From: Ylistrum balloti
Taxonomy: Eukaryota
Assembly: GCF_031769215.1 (NCBI RefSeq)
Contig: NW_026781869.1
Location: 248,001 to 312,000, forward strand
Length of the DNA stretch: 64,000 nt
Reading direction: 5' to 3'
The notes beneath the pieces were generated by a model, which did not search any database, had not been told where the DNA came from, and saw only the letters and a list, made by a program, of their open reading frames with translations. The position numbers and the translations under genes are program-made. This document shows, piece by piece, positions 49,481 to 61,075 of this stretch (positions within the stretch are counted from its first letter, which is position 1; the number at the start of each line of letters is the position of its first letter).

Positions 49481-52326
49481 TGCACTTGGTTAACAAACCT
49501 TTCTTTCACTGTATATGAAAAGCTTAGTAAAGGGAATTCACATCTCTACCGGCACTTATCAACCGACGTTACTCTCCGGACAACTTCTGGTGGTTGGTCG
49601 GTTTAGTTTTACAGCAGTGTCGCTCCGATTTTCTCCACTTCTGTACTTCTTGGGGGAGGGGTCCATTAATCTAATTAGCGTTTAGATTTACAATAATCAC
49701 CTTTGTCTACAGAGTTACATGTTTTTCGATCAAACCTAAAATTCTAGAATTATAAGCTCCAACAGTTCCACCTTCTGCCATTTAAAGGAATAAATAAGTC
49801 AGCAGTGATAATATACTTAAATGGTACTACAACGTCTTGATCCAGATATGAAGACAAATAATCAAGATTGCGATTCGGAAACTGTTCCGTTTTAACGGAG
49901 TTGGCCAGTACGTGTCACGTGATTATATCACAGTGGTTGGGAATTAGATGTCGCTCATTTATGTCTTTCTCAAAGAGGACGGCCAGCCGCCACTACGTCT
50001 ACCATTTCTAGCATCGTACAACATATGATAGCACCTGTTGGTATGAGTTCGACTGGTATTAGATCGCAGTTATCGCTTTAAAATCAATGTCTAGAGATGT
50101 TAAAGGTATGTGAGTTGTCATATGACAACCTGGCGCAAACGATCAGGTGATGGTGTATGCTAGGCATCACTCACAAAACTGCGGTTGTCGGTTTTGTCAG
50201 AGATATTTGCGAAACCGACAGCATGTGGTATCCCTGTCTGTCCATATCATGCGTCTTTCGTTAACGTAAATTGTCAAGGCATTCCGATTGAAATAGCTCG
50301 ATTCGTTGTGTTGCTTTCTTAAGATGATTTTACAGAGATGTTTTAAGCGATTATTGAAGGGAATGTGTTTCATGATCAATAATTTTGTCAGAACAGACAT
50401 GTTTCACCTTCACAAAATGAGGTGGCGCTCAAAATTATTAGCTAACCTAGTTAACTTTCGTTCTTTCGTTTTATGTAAGTCATTCGTAATTGATACGTAT
50501 TTCTTGTTCAAAGACTTAAATGCGCATTACTACTGTAGAACAATATTAAAAACATAAAAGGGGTAATTTTCTGTCACACAAAAACAGATATTTCAAATAT
50601 AATCGACCTATATAGCTATATAATTGATCTTGATATTTCGCTGTTTATTCCTCGTTGACAGCTGTCTAAAAATGGAAACCGTTCTAGCACCTTACGTCAG
50701 AAAAAGTAAGAAAAAAATTATCCACTGAAATGGATTCAACTCTACTCCATTGATATTGTCTTGTCGTTAGGCCCTCCTGGTACTTTCAGTATTTTAGATA
50801 TATTAAAGCATTCAATTCAAAACTAGATCCATCTTATAAATGTTTTGAAATCCATTCTGACACGATTCCTGACGGGAAATGTCATTTCCGACTGTGATGC
50901 CCCCTAGGGCTAAGTGACATCAGTTCCTTGTCAGTCTCATCAAACACTCTCTATGACAACATGATACCGCCGTAATGATGACTGAAAATCAAAATTAATC
51001 ATGTCATATTGGGCTTAAACGTGAACATCTCATCAATGAATATTTGAAAGAAGGAGTAGCCGCATTAGAGGATACCGTAGTTGGCCAGTGACGGCTTAAA
51101 CATGTGAAAACCACAAAATCTTAACACGAGAATGAAAGTCATGATATAATTACTACATTTCATGCTGTTATAAGTAATAAAAAAAAACTTTTTGCTAAAT
51201 TCATTTGTTATATGGTATGTAGGTGTGAAGATGTCGCTCTTACATCACTTGGTCCTCAGGATAACACTTGAAGGTACATCAACGACGTTTCAATTGTAAC
51301 TTTAGGTATAAATTCCTGTTATACAATCAATTTTGCTAAAAGCCATTATCAATTCTAAACGTCGTAACTAAAATTGCTGCAATATAAAAAAAGTAACTTT
51401 TCAACCGACTAAAACTAATAGGACAGAAATAAATCTTATCATTCTGCATCTTTCGGAATCTTGTGTTGCGAGTTTATCAGCTGCCGACACGAATATCATA
51501 ATAATTGGAACCAATCTTAACATATCAACATCATAAGCTTCGGAAGAATGAATATACTATCTAGAAATGGAAAATTAACAATAGAGAAATAGAAGTTATC
51601 ACGTTTATCATACAGCTTATTGGAAGACATTAATTTCAATTTCGCTGTATGAAAAAAATCGAAATAAGCAGCTGATATAAAAGATTCTCAATTTCAAGTT
51701 CTGATAGGTGAATTATACATATATAGACATATAGACATGGTTAATATATTCCTGTTGAAAGTAATGTATCAATGTGTTTTGGAGATCAATGTGTGTATCA
51801 TTATCGACACTCACATTTTGTTTATATCGCTTCAAGCTACATCAGTGTGACAACATTACCGTCGATAAACTCTTGATCCCGTATGAAACAATTTATACGG
51901 TAAATAAACATTGTACATTAACGAAAAGAGAAAAAAGACGAAGAAAAAAATGTGAAAACCAACGAAGTTAGACAGTAATATGCGAAAGAAGAAATATTTT
52001 AACAGCCGTAAACACGCCTATATTATTTCTCATTTTTCCACAGAAATTGTAATGAATTAAAATGATGCTTGTATGCAATATATTTTCGACAATGATCGAG
52101 AGACCCAAGATCGTTGGACGCGCGAAGGGAGATAACTCTGACCAAACGACTATTCCAGTTGTAGCAATATACTCCACAGATCAGTTGTTCGTTTTAACAA
52201 TAGGCAATAGATATAGCATTTCATATGATATCTGACCACGTTTTTAATGTACATATCACTAACGGGATAGTGGGTTTTTGACAATATTTTACAAACATTG
52301 GTGGTTTTCTTCAATGCTTTCTTTAA

Positions 52327-52495
52327 GGGAGATACAGAAATCTAAAAAAATTGGTTATTAGTCGCTATTTCTAAATTTAGATTTCGTCTTTTATTTCCTG
52401 GACATCTTTTAATGGGAGATACAAAAATAAAAAATCTTCGTTGTTAGACGCTTTTCCTAAGTCTACATTTCGTCCCTTGTTTCCTAACGTTTTTC
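52327..52495. repeat. Diverged 87-bp tandem duplication
   Basis: gggagatac...tttcgtc...tttcct is repeated at 52327 and 52414. Confidence 0.75.
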
Positions 52496-52559
52496 AACAT
52501 TTGTGGCTATTCGTAAGTTGAAATTTCCGAACTTTTGCGCGCAGAACTTTGTTGTCTGG

Positions 52560-52860
52560 ACGTCTCGCTTCGTTTAACTTTGTACCCCCACCCGCTCTGA
52601 ACCACGTGATTTGCTGGAAGATTGCCCTTCTTCCGGACGTCGTATTCTTTTGTAGATGTATGTTTCTGGAACCAATTTTCTGTTGTAAATTTTGTCATTT
52701 TTGTTTGGTTGTCATGTTCGGTTGTGAGATTTTTTCTGTATGCGCTACAATGTAATTTGTTGTTTGTCGATTTTCAATGGGTTTGCCTTTTCCTCTGGAT
52801 GCCGTGTTTTGTTGTATGTTTTTTCGTTTCTCTCGACACCATGTTGTGTATTACATGTTA
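52560..52860 (+). mobile_element. Probable further copy (F) of the dispersed Penelope-like tail
   Basis: gctggaagattgcccttcttccggacg...ggttgtcatgttcggttgtg followed by T-rich sequence. More diverged than the other copies. Confidence 0.35.
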
Positions 52861-53904
52861 TTGATTTGATTTTCTGCGTACATTCTCTTCTTAAGATATT
52901 TCATTAACTGGTATTCATCTCTGCATTTTACCTGTAATCTTATTTTGCACGTGTATATTCACGCCTTTCTCTGATGTTCACCAGTACTCTTATCTCACAT
53001 GTATATATATATACTGGGCTTACTTTTTTCCGCTGTTAACCTGTTACTAGATCAAGAGGATTAAGAGATTAACGAATTCTACTGAGCATGGCAATGTTAA
53101 CATCGGTTATAGCAATCACACTTCTGTCTGGTAAAATACTTGACTAGACGCCGAAGGTCGTTCTGAGGAAACCCCTTAAGATAGGCCGATCTGTCAATGG
53201 ATAAGCATTGAATTATGAATGCAGTGTTTTAAACCCTACAACTGTTAACGTGAGATGTTTATTGTAGATCCACTCCAATCCAATAATCACTCGATATAAA
53301 GTATTGACATAACCATTGTCGCAGTCATCGTAGACGGTATTTAACACTTTTCAAACATTATTCCGTTATCCAAACACAAAGGAAATCCGCTCTACTTTAA
53401 AACTGCAGTTCTATTCTTTGTCAGAACCTATGTAGGGATATTTGGTCTCGCCTACCTTATCATACATGTACCATGTCTCCATTTTCCTCTACCAGTAATA
53501 CTTTACGTGTTTCCATGCCGATCAGGACTGTTTCATCAAAGTTCCAAGTTCACATAAGAATTCACAACTGTTGTAAAGAAAATGAAGTATGCAATGATTC
53601 GGTTTAAAGTATCAAACATTCAAGCTTTAACTACATGGTACAAGACTGTTTCGACACTGACGACATTTGAGTGACTTGTCGAGTAGGACATATCTCTAAA
53701 CCACAGCCTGGCTCTGTTAGCGGCTATAACGAGTAACTACAAACAGGTAATTTCGTGAAAAGCACTTTATTCTTGTAACACTAAATTTATTACACTACAG
53801 AAAACAAAACATTAAACAGAACAGATATAAATAAACATACACACATAGAGACGAGAACATATCAATGCTAATGTACTTAATAAACACACGTTTTCCCGCG
53901 GTTA

Positions 53905-55407
53905 TCACACAGTTGATGTATTTTCACAAGCACAGCCTGTTCCTTCCTCAATTGGAATCATGACGTCATTTGAACCTTTATCAGAATCATTGTTTCGCGG
54001 TACGATCACGTATCCTGGGGTGAATGATTTTCTATTCCGTGGAGCACATTCTGCTCTACAATCGGCGGGGCATCGCTCCCAACCGCGACGTATTTTCTTT
54101 ACGTAACAACTTATGCACGGAAGGCTAAGCACAAGTTTGAACAGAAGTGTCAAAAACGGTAGAACAGAACTCAAAAACGTGATTGATCGAACCATTGCAA
54201 CGGGTCCTTTTGACCAACCAGGAGCTCCCATTATTACCACGTGACCAAGTGACAGTATCAAGGTGAGATGTCCGAGTTTTGATTGGACGAATCTCCACTC
54301 CCGCCAGTTGAGTGTGTCAGTCACGGATGGTATGGTGGAGATGGCAATTAAACACATTGAGATAAATGCGAGAATTCCTGTGAGACATGCTGCCTCCCCT
54401 TTCCACACCATCCACGTCTTGATAGGCACTTGAATGTCGTGGGTAAGATTGCCCGGAATTGTCAGGGACGTTGATTGATACCATGAACTCAAGTATGTCG
54501 GACTCATGATAAGGACGGACATGATCACGTGCACTACCACCAAAGTAAAGGCCACTAGCCCGAGCTGCTTACGTGTTTTTAACCAGCGGTCGAGCCATGC
54601 CGGAAAACGAATGTGCTTAGTTCCGTAATAGATCTGAAAAAACGAAGCCACAGAGCTAGGTAAGTAGGTACAGGATATCAGAGTTATTGCAGTCATACAC
54701 AGCGGTTTGTTCAGCACCTTCACAAAGATTTGATCCCAACGGTAAGCCGTCTTTTCGACAAAGTAAATAAAAATGATATACAAAAGCCAGATGTTAAAAA
54801 CACCAATCGCGAACGCTATCGGCCCCCTCCATGCAGGCAAAAGCTTTAACGGAAACGCTTCGATCTTTCTCGACGACTGTAATAGACCCATGTCAACGGG
54901 TGAAAATCCCATGTCACGAGCTATCACCGATACCTTTTCCCGCGATTCATTGTTGTCGCTGGCAATGAACACCTGTCGGCTGCCACCGCTGCTGTCAATC
55001 TCCATGGCGTAGGCCGAAATGACGTTAAAACCCTTCACCACGACGGCGGCCGGGACCAGCCGGCTGAGATACTCCGCATTGCTGTCGGTTTTACTAGGAT
55101 GGTCTCGGTTGGACACGTCTATTAGAATTTTGCCGTGTACGTTTTCTGTGTGGGCGGATAGACAATCTTTGTAGTTTGCGGCGTGGACTGCAACAAAGAT
55201 GATGGAATTACGTTTGAGACAGTCTTCAATCGTAGTGATATTGATGTTACACATACACTCGTCGACAAATGCCAACGTCCGGTCATCAGGCTTCCGGCTA
55301 CCGACGATGACGTTGTATCCAGCATAGAATAACCGATTTGCTAACGCACGTGCGAAGTTGCCAGTTCCAATGATTCCAATGTTCCGGGCGACTGCCTGCT
55401 TCGTCAT
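53905..55407 (-). CDS. STEAP: STEAP-family metalloreductase (N-terminal NADPH-binding oxidoreductase domain plus ferric-reductase transmembrane domain), 500 aa
   Basis: Rossmann motif IGIIGTGNFARALA, then GSRKP, ILIDVSN, SNAEYLS, VVKGFNVISAYAM, RKQLGL, WREWRFVQSKLG, and candidate heme-ligand His in VVVHVIMS and LGHVV. The true start is the ATG at 55407, 10 nt after an acceptor tgatatttccag (exon begins 55417); the ORF track's TTG start is intronic. Minus-strand AATAAA at 53766-53771 and 53786-53791. The STEAP2/3/4 subtype cannot be assigned. Confidence 0.95.
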   Translation of the reverse strand: MTKQAVARNIGIIGTGNFARALANRLFYAGYNVIVGSRKPDDRTLAFVDECMCNINITTIEDCLKRNSIIFVAVHAANYKDCLSAHTENVHGKILIDVSNRDHPSKTDSNAEYLSRLVPAAVVVKGFNVISAYAMEIDSSGGSRQVFIASDNNESREKVSVIARDMGFSPVDMGLLQSSRKIEAFPLKLLPAWRGPIAFAIGVFNIWLLYIIFIYFVEKTAYRWDQIFVKVLNKPLCMTAITLISCTYLPSSVASFFQIYYGTKHIRFPAWLDRWLKTRKQLGLVAFTLVVVHVIMSVLIMSPTYLSSWYQSTSLTIPGNLTHDIQVPIKTWMVWKGEAACLTGILAFISMCLIAISTIPSVTDTLNWREWRFVQSKLGHLTLILSLGHVVIMGAPGWSKGPVAMVRSITFLSSVLPFLTLLFKLVLSLPCISCYVKKIRRGWERCPADCRAECAPRNRKSFTPGYVIVPRNNDSDKGSNDVMIPIEEGTGCACENTSTV

Positions 55408-56976
55408 AATGCTAGGCCTGGAAATATCAATCAATTAAGCTATAGTAATTAAAATGATAAGTTTCCATTTACGTAAAATCACAGGAAATAGATTTTTTAA
55501 AGGTAAACCTAATTGGTACAAAGAAGGAATTCAAGCATTCACATAAATCTGCGGAGTTTATTCCGGAAAAAGCTGTGCTATCTTTTAATGTATTATTTTT
55601 GAGAACGTAACACAGTAATAATGATGTACTATGCAAGGTTTGCCAGAATTTCATTAAACACAAGTCGAGAATGTTTGAATAAGACATGGAATATTAAAAA
55701 TAACTGTTGCGCTGAGTATAATTACATGTCTATGTACACAAAGACAATATCATCCGATTATTAAATCAGCTTCATGCCAAATTTCCGGACCATATTAATG
55801 AAATACAAATCATTTCCAGGAAATGTTGTATTAATAATCTGGATAAAAAGGCGACAGTAAAAGCTGTTATCACGAAGTAATTGTGTAAGAGATATCGCCT
55901 CTCACGACAGATTGTAGGCAACTCAAAGCTACTGATTTCATTTTCAAAATTTAGATCTGTACAAAACGCACGCCGAAAAAAAATTATACATGCAATTAAC
56001 ATCTACAAGTATTTTGTCATATATATCTTGAATAGTATCTTGATTTCAGAACTGTAAAGTGTGGCTAAGTGCCTAATGTTTTGCGTGAAACATACATATG
56101 AATGAACAATACTTCATCGTGACGTAATATAGCCAATTGATCTGCGATCAAAAACAAGACCTTATCTGTAACGCTTTGGATTTCAGTGTTATCGGCCAAG
56201 ATTGGAAAACTTATGCATGTGGTTTATCGAGACGGAAGTATGTGCACAAGATATACATAAATGATACGTGATCTCCATAATAAGTTCATATACATAATGA
56301 CGTGTCTACGTCCTGCTTAAACATTGACAGAATAGCAATCATCGGCTTAACAATATATATAAAAATCTTCTTTTCTCTAGCAAATATCTTTTTTTTTTTT
56401 TTTGGTTAAAAATGCGAGTATTGAAAATCCGTGCATGGCATTAAGTATCCATATGTTGAAATGTATGAAGTATATATATGTATAAAACACAGTCCATTTT
56501 CTGCGTTAAACATTTGACATTTAAACCCACTAGTCAATACAATAACAATCGTGCACAGTATGGTTACTACATCGATATCAAAATGCCAATGCTAACGTCA
56601 TGTTGTCCTGTTTAGAATAAGTAATGATTTTACTGTCAATATCCGCGCCTAATTTTACAAATTGTATAAATACAAATGGATTTCAGTATATCACTCATCT
56701 ATTGATAAATTTCGTCGGTATTTTTTTTACTGGGCGGAAACCATGTTCGTGGTTAGATCAAAAGACCGAAGCAGAAAAAATGTTTTTAATCATGGAATAT
56801 AAAATCGTACTTTTTGTAAAATACTATAAGAATATCAAACTGTTGAAAATCTAAACTACTATGAAAACCGATTTTCTATAATATAAAATCACAGGAGAAA
56901 CACTTGTCGTAATCCTGTATATTTAAACCTGTAACACTCATTATGTAAGTTAAAGAAATAAACAAAACAGAAAAAA

Positions 56977-57550
56977 TATAACTACTGTAGTCAGTAACAT
57001 GGATCTGTTATATAACTACTGTAGTCAGTAACATGTGGCTGTTATATAACTACTGTAGTCAGTAACATGTGGCTGTTATATAACTACTGTAGTCAGTAAC
57101 ATGTGGCTGTTATATAACTACTGTAGTCAGTAACATGTAGCTGTTATATAACTACTGTAGTCAGTAACATGTGACTGTTATATAACTACTGTAGTCAGTA
57201 ACATGTGGCTGTTATATAACTACTGTAGTCAGTAACATGTGGCTGTTATATAACTACTGTAGTCAGTAACATGTGGCTGTTATATAACTACTGTAGTCAG
57301 TAACATGTAGCTGTTATATAACTACTGTAGTCAGTAACATGTAGCTGCTATATAACTATGAAGTCAGTAACATGTAGCTGCTATGTAACTACTGTAGTCA
57401 GTAACATATAGCTGTTATATAACTATTGTAGTCAGTAACACGTAGCTAATATATATATATATACTACTGTAGTCAGTAACATGTAGCTAATATATATATA
57501 CTACTGTAGTCAGTAACATAGCTGTGATATATCAACTGTTGTTTGTAACA
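56977..57550. repeat. 34-bp minisatellite, about 16 copies, built from short palindromes
   Basis: Unit tataactactgtagtcagtaacatgtggctgtta starts at 56977, 57011, 57045 and so on, and decays after about 57340. Confidence 0.95.
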
Positions 57551-57656
57551 TGCAGCAGTTGTCAATGTTTTAGGTAAAAAAAAAATTCAATGCTTGTTCA
57601 GAAATTCCCGAGGCTTCGATCTCTGTCAGATATATTTACATAATTATGAGCCTGAC

Positions 57657-58042
57657 TGTCACGATCGCGTGCATACCCCTTTCATCATTTTGTGTTATAT
57701 GTGTGTCGTGTTAATGCTGTCATTTTGTGGCGCGATGGGTGTTCAGTAGGTACGTTAACATGCACCAGCAGGAACCATATTGTGTACCGATTGGCCGATA
57801 AAGTATTGTTACGGGCACAGGAAACTCATACAGACATTTGTAAGTAATATGTGTCGTTATGTTAGTTATCTGTTACATGTAATGATAATTATAAGCGTTA
57901 TGCATCATTGAAATGTTGGTTTTGCATGATCTAATGCGCTGTCCTATCATGATTTGTGTTAATTTATGTTGCTTATTTCATCGTACTTCCGACAGAGGCA
58001 TATATTATAAGTTATTAGTAGTTATATTTGGTGTTCGGAAGT
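57657..58042 (+). mobile_element. Putative 5' LTR (57657-58026) and primer-binding site of a Gypsy element
   Basis: Begins TGTCACG and ends gttata (decayed ...gttaca). It is followed by tt and tggtgttcggaagt (58029-58042), similar to TGGTGTCAGAAGT, the complement of a tRNA-Leu 3' end. No second LTR is present to confirm the boundaries. Confidence 0.55.
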
Positions 58043-58506
58043 TATTTAGATAATATCATGTATTTTAATAACCTTTGAATAATTTGAATGTTAATTCAAT
58101 TTCTGAATACGGAAGCCCGTGTGTAGCGTTTCATTATCTGATTTCCAACTTCTTAGCGCTATTACGTATTCTTTTCCCAATTGCTGAGACTAACGTCGAT
58201 CTCCCATGTTACAAAATTGATAGCAGCGGTGGGATTTGCATATTGTCTCTTGGGAATGGAACACCAATGGCATTAGTTAATGATGCAAGAAAAGTATTTC
58301 TTGGTTTGTTTCGGTTTTGTTAGGGGTAAATTTCGTGGGTTTATATGTACCTGTTTCTGACGCTACCTCTAATGGATCTGGGTAAGTTCTAAAACTTAAG
58401 GAGTCTGGAAAGCCAAGGCAATTACATAGGTTAGTATTGCTCCGTGGTGTCCATTTTGTAGATAACCTGCTTTTATTTCATTTTTGTGTGTACAATGACG
58501 TCAATC

Positions 58507-59740
58507 AATGGCTTAATACAGGTCTATTAGGACTCCGGATACGAAGGATCCGATTTGCAGAGTTTTGTTAAATCAGAACAAGCTCGCGAGAGGGAAGAAT
58601 GTCAGAAGAAAGAGATACGAGGAGAGTAGAAGGAGAGTAGGAGGGGAACAGGCTATGGAGCTAATGCGCTTGAGTTGGATGAAATGGAAACGAAGCGGGA
58701 AGAACGAGAAGAAGCTCGTGTTGAGCGGGAGCATAGAGGAAAAAATGGAACTACGTCAGACAGAAACTTCTACAGAAAACAACACAGGAACTCAGTAACT
58801 ACAGGAATTAAGAGGTGCTCGAGGTCCTTAACTTCCATCTGTCGAAGAAGTGACAGCATAGATGCCTTCATTGAAGTTCCGTCCGCTTGCTTAGCGTTGG
58901 CCCATGAACAGTGGTGAGCTAACCTTGGAGCAATACTTAAAAGAGCTCTGAATATTTTACAAGGTTGTCCGTGGATGATTCTTGGAATTTTGACTCTCTG
59001 AAGAAAGCCCTGTTAATACGATTTGAAAAGACAGAAGAAGGTTTTCGCAAGAGTTTTAGGTCTGAGAGACCAGATCCTGGAGGAAATTTTGGATAATTTA
59101 CTATTAGGCTGGATGGCTATTTGCAGAAGTGGGTAGAGATGACGAATACAGAGCAGACTGACGACCAGCTGATGGACTTGATGGTGAGGGATCAATTTTT
59201 GCACTATTGAGAAAGAGGTCTAACACTTTTTCTTAGAGAGCGAGTTCCCAATTCCATGCAAGAGATGGCAAGATTGGTAGATCAGTTTGCTGAGGAAAAA
59301 GGCTCAAAGAAATCTGTGATGGTGATAAGTTGGAGATTAGTAGCAATACAGTTCAAGCTCATCTACGTCGAAACGTGGAGCGAAGAAAGAGAATCCGGGA
59401 AGTTGTGTAGTATGCTGTACATCTCAATGGCCTGGACACAAATTATTTGAGTGGCCAAACAAGAAGTCAGGTAACCGGGTAGCTGGAATGACAAGGACAG
59501 TAGAGAGCACTGATTCAGGGAGCCGACAGAATCAGGGACGTAAGAATTGAACAGACAAAGGAAGTCGCAAAAACCAAGAGAAGACGTCTGACGGTGGTTC
59601 GTCTAGTGTAGTAGACAAGTGATGCTGATTTATCTGTTACGACCAGCATGGCTATGTTGAGAAAATGCAGTGGGGCCCTTTGGGTGACAGTTTTGAGTGG
59701 GGGTGACTGTAGTGGAGCGGTAGTTAGCAGAAGTTTGGAG
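58507..59740 (+). mobile_element. Degenerate Gypsy/Ty3 gag (SCAN-like capsid) and protease, truncated
   Basis: GYEGSDLQSFVKSEQAREREE (from 58537), GARGP-LPS, DSLKKALLIRFEKTEEGFRKSFRSERP, LMDLMVRDQFL, LTLFLRERVP, a decayed zinc knuckle (PGHKLFEWP), and VTVLSGGDCSGAVVSRSL (cf. VTVLRDTGCSGVVV, about 59684-59737). No RT or integrase follows. Confidence 0.88.
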
Positions 59741-59879
59741 GAGCCTTCTCAAATTACATGCTGAGACTAACCTCGTTCTCCCAAGCTACACTGATCCAAT
59801 GCCTAGTTCACAAGGTAAACATTATTGATCACCAGTTTATAGTATCAGTGCCACAAAGAAATCTCTGATAATAATATTT

Positions 59880-61075
59880 AAACATGTTCTGTCAATCTGT
59901 CTACAGATTTTTCAATCGTAACACGAAGTACAGGAAGGCTGTCTTTGAAATTCTTATCTCAGTTTTAATTGCACACGAATCTATGTTTATTTTACGAAAT
60001 CGTATGTAAACATTCATAAGAAGTTTAATTACGTATGTATGTAGTAGACACTATTACTATTGTACATCCGTCGTGGGACGAGGTACAGTGTAACATGTAT
60101 GAGGACCTGAGTACAGCACATCGCAAGCTTTGCTACTTCATTACCACGACATTAGAGAGGAGAAACTTAAGTCTTAATTTTGTCCCTGTAGCCAACAAAT
60201 GTGATAAATTAGAGTCGAGATTTGATGAGATAAAGCAGATCGCCTGTCTTCATCAGCAACAACAGGAGACTCATGTTTGATCACTCCATTGTCTTTTAGT
60301 TTGAATAGTACTTCAAGTGACGAGGAAGATGTGCACAAAGAGCAGAACCATGTCAGGTGTATTTGTGAAAGTCAAGTGGATAGACAATAATGATGACGAA
60401 ATTAGACAAAGTCTTAATGATTATGATAATCGTTAAACAGATATACTTTATTTCCCTTTAAATCATAAGGCTGATGTAGAACGATGTGTACATATTTTTT
60501 GTTCGTCGATGAATGAAAAACGTTGTGTGGTGTGCATTGAAGACAAACTCTGATTTAATCTACAGTATATGCTACAGTACAAGCTATACAAAAAAGTTGT
60601 GCATGTTGTTTTTTTTAATCCATAGCTAATCACAGCACCTTGATAGAAAAAAGAAGGAAAAATGAAAATGGAGTTGACACGTACGAGAAAATACCAACGA
60701 CATTACAGTGATATGATTGAGTATTTAAGAAAGCCATATTCAAAACATTTTTTTCAACATTTTAACGAAAATTCCAAACATCAGGCATAATTTATTTACA
60801 TAGGTATTTCAAAAATTTAAAATATTTAAACAGTAATGGAACCATACTTAGCAGTATGTCTACTGTTGACCTGAAGGAAAACGAATGCATATTTGACAAA
60901 TTGGATATGATTATTAATGAAGCAGAGGTTAGTCGTGCTATCAGACGTATCAGTAAATTGATATGGAACAAAAGCTACAGAGAAAAACAAAAAATTCCAA
61001 TGAATTATTCATAGAAAGCAAAGATATATTTTCACCATATTTTAAGTAAGTTTTCCAACTCTGTTTTTCATTAAA
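59880..61075 (+). mobile_element. Degenerate LINE ORF2 5' fragment (endonuclease-RT linker)
   Basis: DKLDMIINEAEVSRAIRRI (60895-60951) and NELFIESKDIFSPYF (60999-61043) match the ELD.PIT..EV..AI..L...K..G.D.I.NE.F linker of LINE ORF2. The upstream part is inferred from weak motif echoes only. Confidence 0.55.

Noticed and set aside
55410-55434. ORF-track start (TTG at 55434) for STEAP
   Set aside because: It lies upstream of a splice acceptor (exon begins 55417). The first in-exon ATG is at 55407.
56100-56320. ACGTG/TGACGT clusters as hypoxia or CRE elements of the STEAP promoter
   Set aside because: The motifs are short and frequent and the STEAP TSS is not located, so they cannot be tied to the gene.
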